A DNA stretch of 64,000 bases from an uncultured Granulosicoccaceae bacterium. Lineage in GTDB: Bacteria > Pseudomonadota > Gammaproteobacteria > Granulosicoccales > Granulosicoccaceae. The notes under the pieces were generated by a model. That model was not told the origin of the DNA, did no database searches, and worked only from the letters and a program-made list of their open reading frames with translations. The position numbers and the translations under genes are program-made. Shown in pieces: positions 18,439 to 29,278 of the stretch (its first letter is position 1; each line of letters begins with the position of its first letter). Location of the stretch: contig CALGNZ010000019.1 in NCBI GenBank assembly GCA_937957915.1, forward strand, positions 5,262 to 69,261, given 5' to 3'.

Positions 18439-20723
18439 GCCGCATCTCCGTAGCTGTCTTTATCAGTTGTCGCCGGCTGAACAGTGCCATTTGCAACAGT
18501 GGTTTCATTGGGTGCTTGTGTTTTGTGCTCAACCGCAGGTATCAGGACAGTTAAGCGTCCACCACCGTCGTCACTGCTGATGTTTTCCGCTCTGACTACG
18601 CCACCATGCTCTTCAACAATTTTTTTTACAATAGCAAGGCCAAGGCCGGTGCCTTTTCGTTTGCTGGTTACGTAGGGTTCAAACAATCGGTCGCGCAAAT
18701 CGGCTGGAAAGCCGGGACCTTTGTCTTCGAAAATCAATTCCACTGAAGGTTTGTCTTTGTAGGCGCCAGAACGACTGGTAATCGTCATTTCCTGCTGCGG
18801 CTGTTGCGCCATAGCTTCAAACGAATTTTTTATAACATTATGGAGCACCTGACGAATGCGAACCGGATCGCAGGAAATCAACGGCAGATTTTCCTGAAGT
18901 TGTAGTGAGATAGCGTCCAGCTCGTTACCTTCACGATAAAGCCAGCTGATTTCAGTGACCAGATCATTCAGTTGCAGAACCTTGAATTCTACCCCGGGCG
19001 TGGTTGCATAGTCTGCAAACGCTTTAACCATGCCTTTCATGGATTCGACCTGTTGCACAATGGTGTTGGTCAGCTTTTTCAAGGTCGTGGCATCGTCACC
19101 ATGTAACTTGGATGCATATTTGTGTTGCAATCGCTCCGCCGAGAGCTGAATAGGTGTCAGCGGGTTTTTAATTTCATGAGCGAGACGACGGGCAACTTCA
19201 CTCCAGGCAGCATTCCGTTGTGCCTCTACCACATCACTAATGTCGTCAAATACAAGCACGTGACCTGCGTGCTCATCTCCACCGCTACGCATGCTCGCCC
19301 CCCGACACATCACCGGATGACGACCTGGCTCGCCCACCAGTTCAAACTCGATCCCCCAATCTGAACGGTTGGCTGCAAGCATCGGCTTAATGTTGCTAAA
19401 AAACTGCCTGACAAAATCATTATCGTCACCATCGGTAACCAGCGAGTCAGTTACCAGTGCATCAATCGATTGCAGCACCTCGGCCGATACGCGCAATATT
19501 TTGGCCGCACTGGCATTGCAGGTTCTAACTCGATTGTTCTCATCAAGCGTGATTACACCGGTTGAAATACGACTTAACACCAGTTCCAGATAGGCGCGCT
19601 GGTTTTCAACCAATAGCTGACTTTGAGCCGCACTTGCCCTGGCTGCCTCTATTCGATCCGTCATATCGTTGAAAGACTGAACAAGGTAACCCAGTTCATC
19701 TCTGCCACTGGTGGTGAGCCGGGTAGAGTAATCTCCTTCCGCTACTGATCGCGTGCCTTCTACCAGATCATGAACCGGTACAATCAAACGACGTGCGGTA
19801 TAAAACGCCACCCAAACAGCCATCATCAGACTAAGAAATACAGCCAGTGTCAGGGTTGCAATAGAGCTTTGCTTAAGCGGCGTTCGCAGGTAAGCCAGTT
19901 GACGATAATTGCGAAAACTCTCCTGTACGTTTGCAGCAAGCACGCTTGAGTTTCGCGGTACTGGATAGGTTGCATAGAGTACGGGTGTGCCACGAGACGG
20001 ATCTGAGAGAAACACTGGCACGACAGATAACACCTGCAGATCACCATCACTGCCAGGGTCGATACTAAGATAGGAAATACCCGCCCGGGCTCGAGAAACA
20101 ATATCATCGGCAGGTCGTTCCGGGGCAACTGACAGATCGTCACCAAACGCGGTGGTGGCTATCACACGATTATCTGCACCGATCAGTGTGAGCTCTGTTA
20201 CATCTGAGTCGGCACCAAAATCATTCAATACTAAAATAGCCAGTTCGTCCGGTATTTCGGCCAGACGTTCAGCAACATTGAGCGTTGTGTCCTGCCGCAT
20301 ACGCATATAGACATTGAGTGATTCGCGACTGAGCCCAAGTGCATCATCCAGCGCGCTTTCTACTTCAACATCAAACCAGCTATCGATATTCGAGTGCAGA
20401 AACTTCACAGAAAACGAATATACAAGCGTCACTGGCAACAGCGCCATAACAACCAGAATAACAACCAGCTTCAGGCTCAGTCGTGAGCCGGAGACATTGT
20501 TGCGCAAATCGGCGACCAATCGCCACAGGCTGGCACAGATCAGAATACCGATCAGGCCAAGCGCCATAACTATGCCAAACATCCACCACTGATAGGAGCG
20601 GCCAAAGCTGTCGAGATGCTCTCCAGTATTGGCAACAAAAAACAGCGTCGCCATGAGAAACAAAAACAGGAACAGCATCAGCGCCAAACTGTTCGCGAGG
20701 TTGCGTATCAGTTTAATGACCAC
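18435..20723 (-). CDS. NtrY-like sensor histidine kinase (multi-TM, HAMP, PAS, HisKA, HATPase)
   Basis: H-box ARRLAHEIKNPLTPI and a G-box region GTGLGLAIVKKIVEEHGG, with N-terminal TM segments. The GTG at 20723 is preceded by GGAGGAG. The gene overlaps the RR start by 4 nt. Confidence 0.85.
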   Translation of the reverse strand: MVIKLIRNLANSLALMLFLFLFLMATLFFVANTGEHLDSFGRSYQWWMFGIVMALGLIGILICASLWRLVADLRNNVSGSRLSLKLVVILVVMALLPVTLVYSFSVKFLHSNIDSWFDVEVESALDDALGLSRESLNVYMRMRQDTTLNVAERLAEIPDELAILVLNDFGADSDVTELTLIGADNRVIATTAFGDDLSVAPERPADDIVSRARAGISYLSIDPGSDGDLQVLSVVPVFLSDPSRGTPVLYATYPVPRNSSVLAANVQESFRNYRQLAYLRTPLKQSSIATLTLAVFLSLMMAVWVAFYTARRLIVPVHDLVEGTRSVAEGDYSTRLTTSGRDELGYLVQSFNDMTDRIEAARASAAQSQLLVENQRAYLELVLSRISTGVITLDENNRVRTCNASAAKILRVSAEVLQSIDALVTDSLVTDGDDNDFVRQFFSNIKPMLAANRSDWGIEFELVGEPGRHPVMCRGASMRSGGDEHAGHVLVFDDISDVVEAQRNAAWSEVARRLAHEIKNPLTPIQLSAERLQHKYASKLHGDDATTLKKLTNTIVQQVESMKGMVKAFADYATTPGVEFKVLQLNDLVTEISWLYREGNELDAISLQLQENLPLISCDPVRIRQVLHNVIKNSFEAMAQQPQQEMTITSRSGAYKDKPSVELIFEDKGPGFPADLRDRLFEPYVTSKRKGTGLGLAIVKKIVEEHGGVVRAENISSDDGGGRLTVLIPAVEHKTQAPNETTVANGTVQPATTDKDSYGDAA

Positions 20724-21307
20724 TGAAACTCCTCCGTCTCGAGTTGCCATTCACGCGACCTGAGCGCCTGTGCCATCAATGGTCCGGGCAGTCTGGTCAG
20801 GTCAAGTTCGAGCTGGATGCTGGCAACATACTGGCGACGGTTATTAATTTCATTGGCGGGCAACAGTGCATATCGTGACAAACTGCCAAGCTCTCGCAAG
20901 GCTGCCGCCACACTGCGGAAATTTTCGCTTTTGCCGCTCTGCAGATTCGTGACCCGATAGTGCTGCGTCAATTCGTAGTAGTCGAGCCGGTAGCGCAACC
21001 GACGCTCGAGAATGGGCGTGTCTATCCACCAGCGACGGGTCTTGTACACGGCAAGCTGAACCAGAAAATGCAGCTCTACACCGTTCACCAGTGCCTGAAT
21101 TGGCTCCATTCCCAGGTCAACACGGGCAAACGCATCGAGATAATAGGTATCGTTACTGACATAGGTACCCGCACTTTCGAATCGCATCGAACCGGCATAC
21201 GAAAGCCCGCAACAGATCAACACGGTAATCGCCACCCGCAGGCAATACCGGATACCAGCCAGCAATCGATGATATGACGAGACCAGATACATCGTTTCAG
21301 TGCGCAT
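20708..21307 (-). CDS. DUF4390-like protein
   Basis: About 195-aa protein with an N-terminal hydrophobic segment. It occupies the position between rsmB and the NtrY-like kinase that I recall DUF4390 genes usually taking. The assignment is from context and length, not a motif. Confidence 0.5.
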   Translation of the reverse strand: MRTETMYLVSSYHRLLAGIRYCLRVAITVLICCGLSYAGSMRFESAGTYVSNDTYYLDAFARVDLGMEPIQALVNGVELHFLVQLAVYKTRRWWIDTPILERRLRYRLDYYELTQHYRVTNLQSGKSENFRSVAAALRELGSLSRYALLPANEINNRRQYVASIQLELDLTRLPGPLMAQALRSREWQLETEEFQWSLN

Positions 21308-22676
21308 CCTCAGCGAATTTTTTTCTGATTATCGCATAATAGAAACCGTCCGCTTCATGCTGACCCGGCAAGATCTGTCGGCCCACTTTGCAGGCCTGGC
21401 CCCAATTGGCTTCTATTGGTTGTTCCTGCGCATCGTTATTGGCTGTCAGAAATTCGATCATCTGCTGCTCATTCTCCTGCTTCAGGATTGAGCAGGTTAC
21501 ATAAACAAGCTTGCCCCCCGGCTTAACAGTCTGCCACAGCGAGGCGAGAAGCCGCTTTTGCTGCTCCACAAGGCTATTGATATCTGTTTCACGCCGAAGC
21601 AGGCGAATATCCGGATGCCGGCGCAATACGCCCAGCGCTGAGCAGGGAGCATCCAGCAACACTGAGTCGAAAGGCTCGCTATCCCACCAACTGTCGAGGT
21701 CGGCGGCGTCGGCACAAATGCAGTTGGCGTCAAGCTTCAGACGATCGAGATTCTCTTTAACGCGCACCATGCGTTTTTCACTGTTATCGATCGCTGTAAC
21801 CTGGCTGTCGGTCTGCAATTCGAGCAGATGACAGGTTTTTCCACCAGGCGCAGCACAGGCATCCAGAATCCTTTGCTGTGCCAGCGGTGCCACCAATTCA
21901 GCGGCAAGTTGTGCCGCACTGTCCTGCACCGAAAACGCGCCCTGCTTGAACCCCGGCAGTTCCGTTATCCTGACAGGCGTTTCCAAAATCAGCGAATGCT
22001 GTCCCAGCTCGCCGTCGCGACAGAGGAAATCTGCTGCCGGTAACGACGACTGCAGGCGCTGGCGATACTCATCACGCGTACCCTGAGACTGATTAACCCT
22101 GAGCACCAGTGGCGCTTTTTTATTGCCAGCCTGAACAATCTCTTCTGCGTGCGCGGGCCAATCAGCCCTGATCTGCCGGAAAATCCAGGTTGGCAACGAC
22201 GTTCGACCAGCATCGAGCTTGTCTGCCTTGGCGGTAATCTCGGCCTGGCCGCGCAAAAATTGTCGCAAAACCCCGTTGACCAGTGACTTCGCCCATTTTT
22301 TGCGCAATTTTGACGTGAGATCAGTGTAGGCATTAACAACTGCGTAATCAGGCGACCGCATGTACTGGATTTCGTACAGCGCAAGCCACATCAGCACATT
22401 GACGTCTGAATCTTTGCGCCGCAGCGGCTTCTTCAGCAGCAGACCCAATTCGCAATCCAGTCGACCGGACCAGCGCGTCACGCCAAAAACCAGCTCCTGC
22501 AACTGTGCCGCATCGCGCGCGGTAAGATTTTCCTGGGCTGCCGGCAAAAGCTCTCCAAGCGATGCGCCATCCATCACCACACGCGTAGCCATCTGCACCG
22601 CCAGCAACCGTACATCCTTTGATTGATCAGCCAAGCTGCTGTCCAGCCCTGAGCGCGCGGCTACTGACGTACTCAT
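21297..22676 (-). CDS. rsmB: 16S rRNA (cytosine967-C5)-methyltransferase
   Basis: NusB-like N-terminal region plus a SAM MTase core (ILDACAAPGGKT, LLDAPCSALGVLRRHPD, VYVTCS). It follows fmt. The start is uncertain: ATG at 22676, or TTG near 22630. Confidence 0.88.
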   Translation of the reverse strand: MSTSVAARSGLDSSLADQSKDVRLLAVQMATRVVMDGASLGELLPAAQENLTARDAAQLQELVFGVTRWSGRLDCELGLLLKKPLRRKDSDVNVLMWLALYEIQYMRSPDYAVVNAYTDLTSKLRKKWAKSLVNGVLRQFLRGQAEITAKADKLDAGRTSLPTWIFRQIRADWPAHAEEIVQAGNKKAPLVLRVNQSQGTRDEYRQRLQSSLPAADFLCRDGELGQHSLILETPVRITELPGFKQGAFSVQDSAAQLAAELVAPLAQQRILDACAAPGGKTCHLLELQTDSQVTAIDNSEKRMVRVKENLDRLKLDANCICADAADLDSWWDSEPFDSVLLDAPCSALGVLRRHPDIRLLRRETDINSLVEQQKRLLASLWQTVKPGGKLVYVTCSILKQENEQQMIEFLTANNDAQEQPIEANWGQACKVGRQILPGQHEADGFYYAIIRKKFAEDAH

Positions 22677-23577
22677 GTGCCGCAACGGGCTTCTTACCGG
22701 GCGCCTGCACCCTGAGTAAACGCAAAACGCCATCCCCCGTCATCACATCAATACCGTGCTCAAGGCCAACAATGGTTCCCGGGGTAGTGTCGGTTTCAAC
22801 TGCTGAGTGTTCCAGCGGCTCTGATTGCCACACACGCAAAACATCACCGTCGCAAGCCGTTTGGGCAACCGGCCATGCGTTAAACGCGCAAACTTTTCGA
22901 TGTAATGCGGTGGCAGAAAGCGACCAGTCGATTACCGCCTCAGCCTTGTTGAGTTTGTGCGCGTAAGTAACCTCGCTGTCATTCTGTACTTCAGCAGTCA
23001 GCGTGCTTGCGTGAATCTGATCTATTACTTCCAGCAAGGCATCGGCGCCGGCCGCAGCCAGTAAATCGTGCAGCGTTGCTGCCGTCATATCCGATGTGAT
23101 ATCGACAGTTTTCCTGAGCAGCATGTCACCAGTGTCGAGCCCGGCCGCCATTTGCATTATCGTGACACCGCTGCGCTCATCTCCAGCCTCTATGGCACGC
23201 TGAATCGGAGCCGCCCCGCGCCAGCGCGGCAGTAGCGAAGCATGAATATTGATACAGCCGTGCACCGGCAGATCGAGCACCGTCTGCGGCAGTATCAGGC
23301 CGTAGGCTGCAACCACCATTAAATCTGCCTGCAACGCAGCGAGCTCTGCGATCGCAGCCTCTTCTTTCAGCGCCACTGGCTGAAACACCTCAAGCCCCAG
23401 CTCAAGTGCAGTAGTTTTCACGGGCCCGTGCACAAGCTTGCGACCACGGCCCGACCTGCGATCGGGCTGGGTGTAGACCCCGACTACGTTGTAGCCCGCT
23501 TCAACCAGCGCCTTCAGCGGTGGCGTTGCGAAATCCGGGGTACCCGCATAAACGATGCGAAATGACTGATTTTTCAT
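22627..23577 (-). CDS. fmt: methionyl-tRNA formyltransferase
   Basis: IVYAGTPDFATPPLKAL, SLLPRWRGAAPIQRAI and HKL motifs, in the def-fmt order. Confidence 0.93.
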   Translation of the reverse strand: MKNQSFRIVYAGTPDFATPPLKALVEAGYNVVGVYTQPDRRSGRGRKLVHGPVKTTALELGLEVFQPVALKEEAAIAELAALQADLMVVAAYGLILPQTVLDLPVHGCINIHASLLPRWRGAAPIQRAIEAGDERSGVTIMQMAAGLDTGDMLLRKTVDITSDMTAATLHDLLAAAGADALLEVIDQIHASTLTAEVQNDSEVTYAHKLNKAEAVIDWSLSATALHRKVCAFNAWPVAQTACDGDVLRVWQSEPLEHSAVETDTTPGTIVGLEHGIDVMTGDGVLRLLRVQAPGKKPVAAHEYVSSRALRAGQQLG

Positions 23578-23719
23578 GTCTTGCGTGTTACTTCCGGCAA
23601 ACGGCCAACGCTCGCACAGACAGCGATCAGACCTCTATATAGGGATAGGAGGACGACGAACCCTCTGTGAAAAATTCTAACGCGCGAACCGCCTGAAAGA
23701 AGCTCAGCGAGCGCTGAAT

Positions 23720-24214
23720 CTACTTTTCGTGCTTCAGCATTTTCTTTCTAATTCTGCGTTTCTTGAGCGCGGACAGATAATCGACAAACAGCTTGCCATC
23801 AAGGTGGTCGACCTCGTGTTGAACGCATACCGCCAACAAACCATCGGCCTCCCTCTCGTAAGCCACACCATCCTTGTCGAGCGCTTTGAAGACAATACTC
23901 TCGGCTCGGTCTACCGTTTCATAAATGCCAGGGATTGACAGACACCCTTCCTCGCCTGCGAGCTTGCCGTGCGTGCTGACAATTTCAGGGTTGATTAACG
24001 TCAGGGGCTGATCTTTATCCTCTGACACGTCAATTACAACAATTCTCTGATGCACATCTACCTGGGTTGCCGCAAGACCAACTCCGGGTGCATCGTACAT
24101 TGTCTCAAACATATCATCGACCAGGTTGCGAGTCGCATTGTCAACGGATGATACAGGAGCCGCCACCTGGCGCAGTCGGTCATCAGGGTAGACCAGGATG
24201 TCTAGTAAAGGCAT
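23720..24214 (-). CDS. def: peptide deformylase
   Basis: The three Def motifs are present: [13 protein letters not shown] and HEVDH. Confidence 0.94.
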   Translation of the reverse strand: MPLLDILVYPDDRLRQVAAPVSSVDNATRNLVDDMFETMYDAPGVGLAATQVDVHQRIVVIDVSEDKDQPLTLINPEIVSTHGKLAGEEGCLSIPGIYETVDRAESIVFKALDKDGVAYEREADGLLAVCVQHEVDHLDGKLFVDYLSALKKRRIRKKMLKHEK

Positions 24215-24466
24215 TGCTGTCAGAAAAGTTCAGATTTAATCGCTAAGTGTAAGCACTCCCACCCGGATATCAAAGCCCTGATCGCCACCAATAATCGACG
24301 TTAATGCAAATTTCACACGAAAACGGTAGCCCATCCCCAGTTGCTTGGCACTGATTTTGGTTTCTCATTCGACTACATAACGTGAGATTTGAGTCTCGCA
24401 AGCGAGTTTACTATCGCCTGTGGCCCAGGTTTCACACCACTATTCAGCCTTGCGATCCGGATCAAT

Positions 24467-25663
24467 ATGACATTCCAAGCCCCGCTGACCGCTGCACGTC
24501 ACAACTTGACCAGCACATTGACCAGTCTTGCGCTTGCCGCGACAACGCTTGCGCTAGGCGCTTGTGCTGTCACCGAGCCGAGTGATGTTTTTACGAATTC
24601 TAACGCTACGCCTGCCACCAGCGCACTGCAAAACCCCGCCGGCGATACTGCTGCAGTAACCTCGGCCAACCTGACCGGAACTGCTGCGCTAAGCACCGGG
24701 GCCAACAGAAAGCGCGCTTTGCGAGCACTGGCCGAGGGATCAGTTCGAACCGATAATCCAGGCAACTACACGGTTGTCAAAGGAGATACGCTGTGGGATA
24801 TCTCTGAGCGATTTTTGAGTCGACCCTGGTTATGGCCAGAAATCTGGCACGTCAATCCGCAGATTGCGAACCCCCATCTGATCTACCCTGATGACCAGAT
24901 TTCCCTGACCTACGTAAACGGTAAGCCACGCCTTGAGCTGATTCGCGCAAGCAGCAAAAGCACCGGGCCAATTTCACAATTTCCACTGGGCGCCATCGAG
25001 GAGTTTTTGATTGAACCCAAGGTCGTGACCAGCAAGGAGCTGTACACCGCCCCTTATGTCGTCGCTGCCGACGAAGGCCGCCTGATCAGTGCCAAAGGAA
25101 ATCACGTCTACGTTCGCGGTGACACCAGCTCTGATCGTTACAGCGTGTTCCGCCCGGGTGATGCGCTGGTCGATCCGGACACCGGCGAAGTACTTGGACA
25201 CGAGGCCATTCATGTTTCCAAAGCGAGCATGGTCGCGTCAGGTGACCCAAGCAAAATGGTGCTTACCAGCAACAAGCGAGAAACCCTGATCGGTGATCGC
25301 CTGATGAGCAACCCCGACGCGCTGCAGATTTCGTTTCAGCCACGCACGTCAACGGCGAACAAAGCCGGAAAAATCATCTCTCTGTTTGATGCCGTTTCAC
25401 GAGCAGGTAAAAACCAGGTTGTGGTGTTGAACCTGGGTGAAAACGATGGCGTTCAGGCCGGCGACGTTATGTCAGTAATCAGCGATGATCGCCAGGTGCG
25501 AGACAAAATCTCTCGTAAAAAGAATGATTTCGTGACCATCCCGGGCGACGAGTCTGGTGTAATTATGGTGTTTCGAACCTTTGAGCGGGTGAGCTACGCG
25601 CTGATCATGAGCTCTCATCGGTCCATTAATCTGTACGATCGTGTCGACAGCATGGTCAAATAG
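24467..25663 (+). CDS. LysM peptidoglycan-binding protein (TsaP-like), probable lipoprotein
   Basis: LysM motif YTVVKGDTLWDISERFL, and LALGAC after the ATG at 24467. It is divergent from def and upstream of dprA, as in Pseudomonas. Confidence 0.8.
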   Translation: MTFQAPLTAARHNLTSTLTSLALAATTLALGACAVTEPSDVFTNSNATPATSALQNPAGDTAAVTSANLTGTAALSTGANRKRALRALAEGSVRTDNPGNYTVVKGDTLWDISERFLSRPWLWPEIWHVNPQIANPHLIYPDDQISLTYVNGKPRLELIRASSKSTGPISQFPLGAIEEFLIEPKVVTSKELYTAPYVVAADEGRLISAKGNHVYVRGDTSSDRYSVFRPGDALVDPDTGEVLGHEAIHVSKASMVASGDPSKMVLTSNKRETLIGDRLMSNPDALQISFQPRTSTANKAGKIISLFDAVSRAGKNQVVVLNLGENDGVQAGDVMSVISDDRQVRDKISRKKNDFVTIPGDESGVIMVFRTFERVSYALIMSSHRSINLYDRVDSMVK

Positions 25664-25698
25664 CCGAGCGCTATTTCTACCCTTGTAAAATGGATTAC

Positions 25699-25721
25699 GG
25701 TAGCCACCTGGCGTGGCTGCC
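25699..25721 (+). terminator. stem-loop downstream of the LysM gene
   Basis: ggtagccac-ctggc-gtggctgcc, one mismatch, no clear U-run. Confidence 0.35.
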
Positions 25722-25963
25722 GAGTCTCACCCGGAAAGTAAGCTGTCAGAGTACGGTTGACAGGTGCATCGCTGACTGCACCCGGTTAAACTAAAAGCCG
25801 GTCAACCCCGACCGGTTATCCGCGGATATTTAGCTGTGCCGCCAACACTCCACTATTATTTAATCAACGTTATAGAGACTGGCCGCCAGACACTCAGCGA
25901 CATTGCGGCTTCACGCCACCACACTGACAACTCTCCCGGCACAGTGCAATCAGAAACAGCACA

Positions 25964-27229
25964 ATGTCAGAGTTAAGAGATTGGCTGGCGTTCGTCCACT
26001 GCCACGGCGTGGGCCCGAGAACAGTCTACAAATTATTGCAGGGCTTTGACTCGCCGGAGGCTATTTTATCTGCCTCGAACGGCCAGCTTACAAACGCCGG
26101 CTTGAGCACTCAAAAAATCAAGGCGCTGCGCGAAGTTGATCAATCCGAGATCGATCGCGACATCAACTGGAGCGAAGGCAGCGACGATTGCCATATCATT
26201 CCGTATTACTCTGATCTTTATCCACCGATGCTGCGGCAGATTGCCGACCCTCCGCTGGTCCTTTTTGTGCGCGGTGACCTGGAAGTTTTACACACTCCGC
26301 AACTGGCAATCGTTGGCAGTCGCAAGCCCAGTAACAGCGCCGCCTCACACGCAACCTCGATGGCTGCGCAGTTAAGCGGTTATGGCTTAACGATAACCAG
26401 TGGATTGGCGGTTGGTGTGGACACCTGCGCGCATCGTGGTGCATTGCAAGCTCAGGGATTAACGATCGCTGTTACAGCCACCGGGCTTGACCGGGTGTAC
26501 CCGGCTGCCAATCAGGCACTGGCACACGAGATCGTAGAAAACGGCGCCATTGTCTCTGAATTCCCGATTGGCACCACACCCAAACCTGCTTACTTTCCGA
26601 GGCGCAATCGCATTATCAGCGGATTATGTTTCGGTACGCTGGTGGTTGAAGCAGCACTGAAAAGCGGCACACTGACAACCGCTGCACACGCCACTGAGCA
26701 GTCTCGGGAAGTGTTCGCAATACCAGGAAGTATCGATAACCCGCAAAGCCGCGGATGCCATGCACTGATTCGAAATGGCGCGACACTGGTTGAAACGATT
26801 GACGATATACTCGTACAACTGGCTCCACTGTTACCGTCGACTGTCGGATTTGACAACACGGCGGCTACCGCAGCAAAGAAAGAGAAAACACAGTCAGATA
26901 CAGAGTCCGCGTCACCAGAACCTCTGGCAACAGCGAATTCAGAATCGACTGAGCAATCTGGCACAACAGCCGGTAAATCAAAACAGACTACCGTCTCAAC
27001 CAAGCCTGACGAAAAAAATCCGCCTTCCGACGATGCAATACAACCGGACAACAATCTGTCTGCCGACATGCAAAAAGCACTCGATGCATTTGATTACACT
27101 CCGCTGTCCCTGGACGCTATAGTAGAAACCACCGGCTTTGATATTGTTACCGTTACTAACCTGGCGTTTGATCTTGAATTGAGCGGTGCGATCGTAAAAG
27201 TGGCTGGCGGTAAATACGTAAAATCATAG
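25964..27229 (+). CDS. dprA: DNA-processing protein DprA
   Basis: Rossmann-like DprA core (LAIVGSRKPS..., SGLAVGVDTCAHRGAL, FPRRNRIISGL, EAALKSGTLTTA). A C-terminal winged-helix-like segment follows a long low-complexity linker. Confidence 0.9.
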   Translation: MSELRDWLAFVHCHGVGPRTVYKLLQGFDSPEAILSASNGQLTNAGLSTQKIKALREVDQSEIDRDINWSEGSDDCHIIPYYSDLYPPMLRQIADPPLVLFVRGDLEVLHTPQLAIVGSRKPSNSAASHATSMAAQLSGYGLTITSGLAVGVDTCAHRGALQAQGLTIAVTATGLDRVYPAANQALAHEIVENGAIVSEFPIGTTPKPAYFPRRNRIISGLCFGTLVVEAALKSGTLTTAAHATEQSREVFAIPGSIDNPQSRGCHALIRNGATLVETIDDILVQLAPLLPSTVGFDNTAATAAKKEKTQSDTESASPEPLATANSESTEQSGTTAGKSKQTTVSTKPDEKNPPSDDAIQPDNNLSADMQKALDAFDYTPLSLDAIVETTGFDIVTVTNLAFDLELSGAIVKVAGGKYVKS

Positions 27230-27378
27230 CTTCCAGCAGGGCACCAGAGAAGACCAGAACAGTCAGTTTCTATTGTTTACGTGCTCCATTAACCACAGCC
27301 TCTGCAGCTGACTCGTGCTCCCATCGCATGTGCCGAGCTGCCGGCAACAAAATTCAACCTCCGATACCTCGACTCCCA

Positions 27379-27933
27379 ATGCAACAAGGCAAAGACATAA
27401 CAAAAGCTGCACTGTGTATTCAACACGGTGGAATTGTAGGCTACCCGACGGAAGGCGTGTTCGGGCTTGGGTGCGACCCTCTAAACAGCGCTGCTCTGGA
27501 GCGACTGATTGATCTGAAGCAACGCGACTCGAACAAAGGGTTAATTATAATTGCAGCACACCGCAAGCAACTGGACCCGTACATCGCCGCTGTCGACCCT
27601 GCTATAGAAAAAAGACTGAATGAATTCTGGCCCGGCCCGGTAACCTGGATACTGAAGTCAAGTGCCACTGCATCAGCTTTGCTGACCGGAAATCGCAGCA
27701 CCGTTGCCACACGCGTAACCAGCCACGCGACGGCAGCAGAACTCTGTATCGCAGCAGGTCATGCCATTGTTTCAACTTCAGCCAACCTCAGTGGCCAGCC
27801 GTCTTGCAAAGATGCACAGGCCGTCGCAGACTGCTTTGGCAACCAGATAGACTACCTGTTAGATCTGCCAGTTGGCGATCTGGATAATCCCACCCCAATT
27901 TTTGATGGCGCGACCGGTAAACAGTTGCGATAA
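27379..27933 (+). CDS. tsaC: L-threonylcarbamoyladenylate synthase, type 1 (YrdC/TsaC)
   Basis: GGIVGYPTEGVFGLGCDP, WPGPVTW and STSANLSGQP motifs. The ATG at 27379 was chosen. Confidence 0.87.
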   Translation: MQQGKDITKAALCIQHGGIVGYPTEGVFGLGCDPLNSAALERLIDLKQRDSNKGLIIIAAHRKQLDPYIAAVDPAIEKRLNEFWPGPVTWILKSSATASALLTGNRSTVATRVTSHATAAELCIAAGHAIVSTSANLSGQPSCKDAQAVADCFGNQIDYLLDLPVGDLDNPTPIFDGATGKQLR

Positions 27934-28854
<921 letters not shown>

Positions 28855-29278
28855 CTACTCCACTGAGTCCGTGGCCCGTAGGCAAGCGAGCCAAGCAGCT
28901 GTGGTTAGTGCAGTGTAAGTAAACCAGACATGTTGTATGGACATGGTTCACAACGAGAATATCAATAACAAGCGGCAATCTGATTCACAGGTCGCAGCCG
29001 GGGTTCGCCGCAGCACACCCATGGCAAAGGCGAGAATTACGGATCGGACAGACTGCCTTTTCCGGAAAAAAACTGTGAATCACGGCACAATAACCACCCA
29101 ACCCAAACGGCAACATGTGACCCACTTGTTATCCACACAGTGAGTTTGCGCACATTTTTCCGGATAGTCGTCAGACCAATCGGTTTAGACCTTTGTTGGC
29201 AGCAGCCAGATAGTCCTGATTCGGCCGGAGCCAGAAACCGCAGCAGTCACTGCCACTTAAACTACTTTGGGTTTACAC

